A program made the translations under genes and the position numbers. Of a stretch of 27,700 bases of DNA, positions 1 to 14,127 are shown piece after piece. Source of the stretch: Methylococcaceae bacterium (GTDB taxonomy: Bacteria; Pseudomonadota; Gammaproteobacteria; Methylococcales; Methylomonadaceae); the NCBI GenBank assembly GCA_049286765.1, contig JBAQEN010000826.1:1-27700 (forward strand), read 5' to 3'. The notes under the pieces are model-generated. The model worked only from the letters and a program-made list of their open reading frames with translations, ran no database searches and had not been told where the DNA came from. The first letter of the stretch is position 1, and every line of letters begins with the position of its first letter.

Positions 1-140
1 TTGAAAAAACATCTTATAAATACCAGGTAAATTATAACAAACTGATACTGAAAATGTTTTTATCAAATGTCACGAGAACATAGCGTATATCGTTCGTCGC
101 AGGAGCGGCTATTTACCAGAAACCAGAATGGAGTTACCTA

Positions 141-935
141 GTGAAGGGTATGCTGCTCGCCGTATGGCGTTATCGATTTTTCGTTTTTTCATCCATTAAA
201 ACCGAATTGCACAGCAAATTTGTGCGTAGTAGTTTGGGCGGGCTGTGGATGATTTTGAACCCTCTGGCGCAGGTTCTCATTTTTGCCTTTGTACTCTCGG
301 CGGTATTGTCTGCCAGATTGCCAGGGATCGACAATCAATACGCCTACGCCCTTTATCTGATGGCGGGTACTTTGGGGTGGTCTTTGTTTGCTGAAATCAC
401 CAACCGCTGTCTTACTCTGTTTATCGACAATGGCAACATTCTTAAGAAATTGGTATTCCCGAAAATTGCCTTGCCACTCATTGTTACTGGCAGTGCTTTG
501 GTTAACAACACACTGCTTTTTATTGCGATACTGTTGATTTTTGGAGTGCTGGGACATTTGCCCGGCCAAGCACTTATATGGCTACCTGTACTTATTGTCA
601 TTAATATCGCTCTGGCACTTGGCTTGGGTTTGGCATTGGGTGTGCTCAACGTGTTTATACGCGACATTGGTCAGATTGTGCCAGTGATTATGCAATTTTT
701 GTATTGGTTCACCCCAATTGTTTATATGGCCGAAATCATTCCAGAACAATACCAGAAATGGCTAGCACTAAATCCTCTTATTCCGGTAATAACGGGATAC
801 CAAAACGTGCTTTTATATAACAAAATGCCCGACTGGTCTGGTTTGGGCGTTATTGCCCTGATTGCTGCTGTCTTGCTCTTTTTTGCCTTACTGCTATTTC
901 GTAAAGCGGGTCCGGAAATGGTTGATCTGCTATGA
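141..935 (+). CDS. wzm: ABC-2 type polysaccharide/O-antigen export permease (Wzm)
   Basis: 264-aa ORF that is hydrophobic throughout, with multiple TM-like segments. GTG start lies 7 nt after GGAG (130-133). The N-terminal motif SIKTELHSKFVRSSLGGLWMILNPL is typical of ABC-2 permeases. The stop overlaps the next start (ATGA at 932-935), and the next gene is a Wzt-type ATPase. Confidence 0.85.
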   Translation: MKGMLLAVWRYRFFVFSSIKTELHSKFVRSSLGGLWMILNPLAQVLIFAFVLSAVLSARLPGIDNQYAYALYLMAGTLGWSLFAEITNRCLTLFIDNGNILKKLVFPKIALPLIVTGSALVNNTLLFIAILLIFGVLGHLPGQALIWLPVLIVINIALALGLGLALGVLNVFIRDIGQIVPVIMQFLYWFTPIVYMAEIIPEQYQKWLALNPLIPVITGYQNVLLYNKMPDWSGLGVIALIAAVLLFFALLLFRKAGPEMVDLL

Positions 936-2152
936 GCGGAGAACTTCTTGTGCAAAATCTGGCCAAATCTTACCGCCAGTGGGGTAGTGAATGGCGGCGC
1001 GTAGCTTCGTGGGTTGCCCCATTTATTAGTCCGCGAGAAGAACATTGGGTGCTTAAAGATGTTAGCTTTTCCGTAAAATCGGGCGAGACTGTAGGTGTCG
1101 TTGGCCAAAACGGCGCGGGCAAAAGCACTTTACTCAAGCTCATTACCGGCACCACTCAACCAACCCAGGGGCAAGTTCAATTTCGGGGCCGGGTGGCGGC
1201 AATTTTAGAACTGGGCATGGGTTTTAATCCCGATCTTACGGGCCGGCAAAACGCTTATCATTCTGCTGGCCTTATGGGTCATAGCCAAGCCGACATTGAG
1301 CGCGCCATGCCTGCTATTGAGGCTTTTGCTGAAGTAGGCGAATATTTTGATCAACCCTTACGCACTTACTCCAGCGGTATGCAAATGCGTGTGACCTTTA
1401 GTGTCGCCACTGCCTTTCGTCCTGATTTGTTGATTGTGGACGAAGCGTTGTCAGTGGGCGACAGTTATTTTCAGCACAAAAGCTTTGACCGGATTCGTGA
1501 ATTTCAGAAGCAGGGGTGCTCATTACTGATTGTCAGCCATGACCGGTCGGCAGTGCAGGCATTGTGTGATCGTGCCATTTTACTGGAAAAAGGCTGTATG
1601 ATTAAAGATGGTAACCCCGAAGAAGTGATGGATTTTTATAATGCCCTGATTGCTGAAAAAGAGAACCAGAAGGTTAAAATTTTGCAGCATGCATCGGGAA
1701 AAATGCAAACGATATCGGGTACAGGTGAGGCTACTTTGGCGAGTATTCAACTGCTTAATTCCGAAAAACAAGCGATAGAGTTTGTTGAGGTAGGAGAGTC
1801 TGTGGAGTTGGTGGTGCGTGTGCAAGTTAATGCTGATATTCCTCAGCTTGTGCTTGGTTACATGATTAAAGACCGTCTTGGTCAAAGTATATTTGGCACA
1901 AACACATGGCACACTAACCAGATGTTGCTGGCCGCCAGGGCTGGATCAACTATTGAATATCGTGTTACTTTTGCAATGAATTTGGGGCCCGGAAGTTACT
2001 CCATCGCTATCGCTTTACATTCTCATGATATCCATGTCACCAATAATTATGAATGGCGAGACTTGGCTTGTGTTTTTCATGTAGTTAATCTCAATAAAAT
2101 TGAGTTTATTGGTTCAACCTGGTTGGCGCCGAAAATTGAGGTAGTTCAATGA
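932..2152 (+). CDS. wzt: Polysaccharide/O-antigen export ABC ATPase (Wzt) with C-terminal extension resembling a glycan-binding domain
   Basis: Walker A GQNGAGKST, ABC signature YSSGMQMR, Walker B LLIVDE and H-loop SHD are present. About 150 extra C-terminal residues (about 255-406) look beta-rich, as in Wzt carbohydrate-binding domains. ATGA overlaps occur at both ends. Confidence 0.9.
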   Translation: MSGELLVQNLAKSYRQWGSEWRRVASWVAPFISPREEHWVLKDVSFSVKSGETVGVVGQNGAGKSTLLKLITGTTQPTQGQVQFRGRVAAILELGMGFNPDLTGRQNAYHSAGLMGHSQADIERAMPAIEAFAEVGEYFDQPLRTYSSGMQMRVTFSVATAFRPDLLIVDEALSVGDSYFQHKSFDRIREFQKQGCSLLIVSHDRSAVQALCDRAILLEKGCMIKDGNPEEVMDFYNALIAEKENQKVKILQHASGKMQTISGTGEATLASIQLLNSEKQAIEFVEVGESVELVVRVQVNADIPQLVLGYMIKDRLGQSIFGTNTWHTNQMLLAARAGSTIEYRVTFAMNLGPGSYSIAIALHSHDIHVTNNYEWRDLACVFHVVNLNKIEFIGSTWLAPKIEVVQ

Positions 2153-3290
2153 TGGCTCCTTTTTATCGGGCATTTGAGGAACGTCATCGTGGATCGCGAG
2201 AGCTAATTGAGTCACGTTTGGAAGTTTATCTACCCTTTGTGGAGCCATTAAAAACGCTTTCTGAGACGCCAGAGATCCTGGATTTAGGCTGTGGACGTGG
2301 AGAATGGCTAGAATTATTGGAATACATAGGCTTCCAAGTAAAAGGCGTCGATTTTGATGAAGGCATGCTTTTAGCTTGTCGAGAACTTAATCTGGACGTT
2401 TGTCAAGCCGATGCCCTTGATTATTTACGGGGGCTGGCTAATGATAGTCTGAGCGCCGTTTCAGCTTTCCATGTTGTTGAGCACATTTCTTTTGAAACCT
2501 TGCGTCAATTGGTCGATGAAGCCTATCGCGTATTGAAGCCGGGTGGCTTATTGATTCTGGAGACTCCGAACTCAGAAAATTTGGTGGTCGGAACATCAGA
2601 GTTTTACCTGGACCCAACTCACCAGCGGCCTTTGCCGGCAAGGTTGCTGAGTTTTGTTGTTGAATATGCAGGGTTTGCACGAGTTAAAACCTTATACTTG
2701 CAAGAATCTCCCGAACTTGTTAACGCTCAACGAGTCAGCTTGTTTAACGTTCTTGGTGGAGTGAGTCCTGACTATGCAATTGTTGCTCAAAAAAAGGCAA
2801 CAGCAGAAGTTCTTTCTATATTTAACGAACCTTTTGACAATTCTTACGGAATGCGTCTGGATATTTTGGCGGCACGTTATGATCAACAAGCAGCCCAAGT
2901 TGAAACCCGTACCTCACAAATTGAAACCCGTCTTGCACAGCTCGAAGCGCATACCACACAGCTTGAAGCCCGTGCTGCTCAAGCAGATGCCAGAGCCCTG
3001 CAAGCCGAGGTTCGAGTTACAGAAGCTCAAGCAGTAATACAGAGCCTGTTAATAAGTGGCTCGTGGCGAATAACCGCTCCAATTCGCTATATTAAAGTCA
3101 AGCTTCGTCGACTCATTACAGCTATCAGAGAGGGAAGGCTCATCAGCGGTATTAAAAGGCGCATCAATTTACCTCGTTACCCATCAAAGAAACCGGAGCC
3201 GCCTAAGGAACGGAGCCAGAGTTACCTTTCCCCTCGATCAGCCCGTATTTTTGCTGATTTACAAAAAGCCATCGCAGCGAGGAAAAACTG

Positions 3291-3291
<1 letters not shown>
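2149..3291 (+). CDS. Class I SAM-dependent methyltransferase with C-terminal heptad coiled coil and basic tail (WbdD-like chain terminator candidate)
   Basis: SAM motif I is ILDLGCGRGEW, with a later LKPGGLLILETPN motif. Residues 250-298 form seven Q-h-E-x-R-x-x heptads. These are followed by SWRITAPIRY and a Lys/Arg-rich tail. The gene sits between wzt and the large GT and overlaps both. Confidence 0.8.
2896..3042 (+). repeat. Seven tandem 21-bp units (one heptad each) inside the methyltransferase gene
   Basis: The units read directly as caagttgaaacccgtacctca / caaattgaaacccgtcttgca / cagctcgaagcgcataccaca / cagcttgaagcccgtgctgct / caagcagatgccagagccctg / caagccgaggttcgagttaca / gaagctcaagcagtaatacag. 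They translate to QVETRTS QIETRLA QLEAHTT QLEARAA QADARAL QAEVRVT EAQAVIQ. Confidence 0.85.
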
Positions 3292-10172
<6,881 letters not shown>

Positions 10173-10176
<4 letters not shown>

Positions 10177-11309
10177 AAGTTGCGTTAAACGCCACGGCTC
10201 TGTTGACACCACTTACAGGGATCGGGCAATACACGTATCAATTGGCCAAAGGCTTGCTGACAAGGCCTGAACTGGAGCTCGATCTGTTTTACGGCTCAGG
10301 CTGGAGCAAAGAGCTTCGGGATAGACCTGTTCATAACATTGCAGCCTTTAAGACCCTGTTCAAGCGGTTTATGCCTAATGCCTATGCAGTTAACCGGTTT
10401 CTGCAGCAAAACAGATTCACTCGTGGCGTGCTATCCAATAAGGCTGAGGTTTATCACGAGCCAAATATTCTGGCCTTCAAGTTCAATGGGCCTTCAGTAA
10501 TCACCGTACATGATTTATCCTGGATTCGTTTTCCTCAAACCCATCCGGTGGAAAGAGTGCGTGCGATGAATAGGTATTTTGAACCGGGTCTGCGCCGCGC
10601 CGCGCTCATTCTTACCGATTCTGAGTTTGTTAAACGCGAGATAATGGATGTATTCGGCGTAAAGGCTGACCTTATCAAACCGGTGTTATTGGGGGTAGAG
10701 TCTCTGTTTTACCCTCGGACAGTTGAAGATACTCTGCCGGTATTGGATCGCCTCGGTCTTGTGCATGGACGCTATCTACTGGCAGTGGGCACTATCGAAC
10801 CCAGGAAGAATCTACAGGTTGCATTGCGTGCCTATATGCTGCTACCACAACAAATTCGCAAAGAATTTCCTTTAGTACTGGTCGGTATGAACGGTTGGCG
10901 AACATCGGCGCTGGAACTGCAAATTGCACCCCTGGTAAGCGCAGGGGAAGTTCGCCAAATCGGTTATTTGCCGCGAGAAGATCTTGCAAGGGTGATTGCT
11001 GGAGCATTGACTCTAATTTATCCTTCAATTTATGAAGGCTTTGGCTTGCCGCCATTGGAAGCGATGGCATGCGGCGTACCGGTTATTTCTTCGGAGGTTT
11101 CTTCGTTACCTGAAGTGGTGGGCGATACCGGCTTGCTCATCAATCCGCATGACGATGATGCAGTCGCTCAGGCGATTCTAAGGCTGGTTGATGACGATAA
11201 CCTCAGGCAGCATCTTTCACATAAAGCGCAGGCAAGAAGTAAGGAATTTACATGGGATAAATGCGTGAAGCAAACAATTGATGTGTATCGGCAAGCACTG
11301 AATCGATAG
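10173..11309 (+). CDS. GT4-family glycosyltransferase (WbpZ/WbdC-like)
   Basis: 378 aa with [12 protein letters not shown] near the N-terminus. It carries GTIEPRKN and the E-x7-E region [21 protein letters not shown]. An ATGA overlap joins it to rmd. It is the last gene of the operon. Confidence 0.8.
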
Positions 11310-11350
11310 TAAAATGGCTTTTTTCTGACCTTTTATAAAGGGGTATAGTA

Positions 11351-11593
11351 GGTCACGATGTTTGTAATGGCGCAGGTTTGATCTGCAGTTTTGGCCTTGC
11401 GACGGGCCAATTAACCGTACTGCCAATCAATAGAGTAATGACCAGTAGCCAGCCAGCTGCCACGATTATGGATCACCAACCTTTAGTTAATATCGCATCA
11501 TTCGGAGCATGTATAAGTTTAGCCAATCCAATGGTGGCTGCTGCAACTGCTGTAGTCCTTGGTGAACAATGCTTTCGGCTTATTCATGAGTAG
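11351..11593 (+). pseudogene. Truncated PAAR-like DUF4280 gene fragment
   Basis: The translation GHDVCNGAGLICSFGLATGQLTVLPINRVMTSSQPAATIMDHQPLVNIASFGACISLANPMVAAATAVVLG matches the DUF4280 pattern as I remember it (C.FG ... PAA ... NI..FG.C.S.ANP.VAAATA). No ATG lies upstream in frame (stop at 11327; only TTG at 11378). The expected C-terminal roughly 40 residues (P.PC.P ... W) are replaced by unrelated sequence before the stop at 11591. Confidence 0.6.
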
Positions 11594-11938
11594 GTTAAAA
11601 CTTTGATGTTTCCCTGCCGTAAAAAGCTTCCAATCTTTTACGCTGCCAGCGTGGATTTTTCCAGTCCATTAAGACAGTCGGTGCTATACAATCAACAAAA
11701 TAGCGATTATTAACGGACAAATTGGACGCTCTTTTTTGCCAAAATTGGCAAATTTTCCACACTCTTAGGCAATCTTGATGCTGTCTGGTGATGTCAGAAC
11801 TTAACTTTACGAACATCAGACAAAATCCAGCCTTTTACAATCGTAAGATACTAATTTAATATGACATTTTGTTAAGTTCAGTCTTAATAAAATTTGACAC
11901 GGGCAGTGATCGGCCCTAAAAAATTATTTTTTAATCCG

Positions 11939-13264
11939 TCATAAGCTGGTAACCGGATCCTTATCTAAATCGGTCAGAAATTCAGTTAATACTTTCCGAT
12001 TTGCATGCGGCATCACCACAACATGCGCATAATCCTGTTTTTTATGATTTATCTCTAAATGCATGGTTGCTAATGAATATTTTTTTACAATCCGGTCGCT
12101 GGGTTTTCTAAAAAAAATGGTATTGGATAGATCGTTAACGCGTGTGGGCTGCAAATGGGAAAAATGGGCTTGCAGTTGCTCCATCAGGTAAACCGCGTTT
12201 TGCATCATTGACTGCGCATCTTCAGCTAGCTTGTCCATGGCCGATGGCGTTGAAAAGAAATAGAACTCCGCCGGTTTTACAGCATCTCTAGAACAGGTTA
12301 TTGTTCCCGGCACGTGATGAATATACTCGGGATTATGAATTTGACTAAACAATTCATTAAACTGATCAAAATGGCTTGTTGTGGTAATAAATAAACCAGC
12401 TGGCGATGGAAAACCAAAAAATTTATGGCAGGATACGGCTATGGAATCATAGCGTTTAGTGGCCGGATTGCTCTTGGATTGATATGAAACTTCACAGGCT
12501 TGGGCCATATAGGGCAGGTAGCCGCCAAATAATGCCGCATCCAAATGCAGATAACTTGAACGGCCTTTTAACATTTCCTGAATACGGTCAACCTGATCTA
12601 TTGCTCCTTTAAAAGTGGTCCCGATCGTCGCTATTACTAATGCTGGATGAGAGGGGTTTTCGGCTAGTTTCTGCCTCAGGTCATTGGCATCCATGCCACC
12701 ATCCGGTAATGTTTCAACAAAAACTGTTTCAAGCCCCAACAAGTCCCGTAAAATCTGTACCGAATAATGCGCTTCTTTGGTGAAATAAGCTTTCGGCACT
12801 ACTCCGGTACGCCCTTTTAAAAGGGTCCGCCCCATATACATGCCATGCATATTGCTGTCAGTACCGCTATTTGATAGAAAGCCCCATGTATTCCCTGTAG
12901 GAAAGCCGTATAACTTGCCAAATCTAAGGATGAGTTCCCGTTCAAAATCGTGGGTATTGTATGAGATAATGCTATCTTTAAACGGGTTACCAACGTTATT
13001 GTATGCAAAAGTTCCAACTCCCGCATTGAGCAGTTGTTGCCGCCAGGCAAAAAACTCCTCGGACGGGGTATTCATATTGATTGGATACCCTAAAAGAAGA
13101 TTTTTCAGCTTCGAGAGTTTTGCCTTTTCTACCAGTGACAGGTTTGAATTAGAAGATGCCTCTTCCCGATCGGGCATCCAATTGAGATTTGCTGGCCTAC
13201 AACCAGCGCTAACAGCCAGTATCCCTGCACCGCTATAACTTAGAAAACGACGTCGTGTTAACAT
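11939..13264 (-). CDS. Group II PLP-dependent amino-acid decarboxylase (histidine decarboxylase-like) with twin-arginine signal peptide
   Basis: The 441-aa N-terminus MLTRRRFLSYSGAGILAVSAGC has a Tat motif (TRRRFLS), an h-region and Cys22. The body is collinear with my recollection of Gram-negative HdcA (GYPIN, SNSGTDSNMHG, EAHYSV, IGTTFKGAID, HLDAAL, SCHKFFGFP with Lys281 at 12422-12424). Confidence 0.85.
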   Translation of the reverse strand: MLTRRRFLSYSGAGILAVSAGCRPANLNWMPDREEASSNSNLSLVEKAKLSKLKNLLLGYPINMNTPSEEFFAWRQQLLNAGVGTFAYNNVGNPFKDSIISYNTHDFERELILRFGKLYGFPTGNTWGFLSNSGTDSNMHGMYMGRTLLKGRTGVVPKAYFTKEAHYSVQILRDLLGLETVFVETLPDGGMDANDLRQKLAENPSHPALVIATIGTTFKGAIDQVDRIQEMLKGRSSYLHLDAALFGGYLPYMAQACEVSYQSKSNPATKRYDSIAVSCHKFFGFPSPAGLFITTTSHFDQFNELFSQIHNPEYIHHVPGTITCSRDAVKPAEFYFFSTPSAMDKLAEDAQSMMQNAVYLMEQLQAHFSHLQPTRVNDLSNTIFFRKPSDRIVKKYSLATMHLEINHKKQDYAHVVVMPHANRKVLTEFLTDLDKDPVTSL

Positions 13265-13423
13265 AGCACTTTATTAAATCGGACAATTTTTCGAACTTAG
13301 TTTTATATAATAGGATATCTCAAGCTTCGCAAGTTCATTCACATAAGTCAAGAAAACTGTAATGGTCAACTAAAACCGGACACACACTCTAAAATAGCCT
13401 GAGATAAAGGAAGTGTGCCGAAA

Positions 13424-13975
13424 ATGAATCAAGAAAAACAAAAAGTAAAAGTATTATAGTGCGGAATTTTGAGAATGCTCCGTGAAGTTGGCAGTAGGTT
13501 CAGATCAGCCGATCGCCCAGACAGCCAGGGATTAGTGCCAATACCCTACACACCTGGATCAACAAATATAGCGAGCTTGTGTAGTAAAATATGATACCGT
13601 TAACTCCAACCAGTGTCGTTATCAACTCGAAGTGTAAGTCTGGAGAAGTTGCAGGGCTTTAACCCAGTACGCTCCAACCGCTGCTTTTCCTCGAAGTGTC
13701 CCCGATGGGTCATTAGTAACCTGAATTATTTTGGGCGATGTCATTTCGAAATCGTCGATGACTGTCATTGTCGCCGTAGATGCTCTTCGGAGTCAGTCAG
13801 TCCGATAATGTGAAAAAGGCCAATAGTTTGGCCTACTCAATATGGAGGATTGAGATCGCTCGTGTGAGTCTGTCTTCAATCCGAGATGCGCAACAATACG
13901 AATGCGAAGTTGAAAAAGCCTATTTACCCAAGCTGGAGCGGAGTGGAAGAAAGTTGCAAGTAGCTCCCAAGACTC
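13424..13975 (+). mobile_element. Degraded IS3-family element remnant (OrfA HTH plus possible start of OrfB; DDE domain absent)
   Basis: Three frames together read MNQEKQKVKV / YYSAEF*ECSVKLAVGSDQPIAQTARD* / ISANTLHTWINKYSELV* over 13424-13584. This is the IS3-type OrfA pattern (YSAEFK.E.VKLA ... IAQ.ARDLGI..NTL..W..KY), broken by at least two frameshifts and an internal stop. Weaker echoes follow: AAF.RS near 13683-13710 (ILKKAAAYFAK region) and KKVASS near 13940-13960 (OrfB KRVARL region). A possible IRL, TGGTCAACTAAAACCGGACAC, starts at 13363. Beyond 13584 the evidence is weak. Confidence 0.55.
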
Positions 13976-14127
13976 AATCGACCTTCCATGCAATGGTAAA
14001 GGAATCCGGATAATGGTACTTGGAAATTTCTGGATACAGCATAGAACATAAAGGAAAATTACTTTTCATATACGACTCCTATGTTAGCATTTTTTATAAG
14101 TAAAGCTTACTGTTCACCTGAGGTTTA

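Noticed and set aside
1-140. Looked for a JUMPStart/ops element (GGCGGTAG) and a clear promoter upstream of wzm
   Set aside because: Only GGAGCGGCTA is present, which is not a match. The window starts too close to the gene to judge the real operon leader.
189-1912. Antisense ORFs inside wzm/wzt (189-569, 353-667, 722-1108, 970-1155, 1580-1912)
   Set aside because: They lie fully inside strongly supported sense genes. Their translations are low-complexity and Arg/Ser/Gln-rich, with no motifs. This is typical shadow-frame noise.
11595-11816. 73-codon minus-strand ORF converging on the DUF4280 fragment
   Set aside because: No recognisable family for the whole ORF. Its last roughly 24 residues (MDWKNPRWQRKRLEAFYGRE) resemble the N-terminus of small phage-type HNH endonucleases (W.KKRLEI..RD pattern), but it stops before any Cys/His motif. 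At best it is another gene fragment and is too weak to call.
12840-13238. 132-aa plus-strand ORF opposite the decarboxylase gene
   Set aside because: It lies entirely within the well-supported minus-strand CDS, and its translation has no recognisable features.
13817-13834. Hairpin AGGCCAA-tagt-TTGGCCT followed on the minus strand by TTTTT (terminator-like)
   Set aside because: There is no credible minus-strand gene or promoter upstream of it, the stem is only 7 bp, and it sits inside IS debris. It could be a relic or chance.
13613-14013. Three 66-77-codon ORFs in the track, plus a 49-codon minus-strand ORF (MTVIDDFEMTSPK...)
   Set aside because: They fall within the decayed IS3-like remnant, have non-protein-like composition and lack RBS. 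They are better explained as open frames in degraded sequence.
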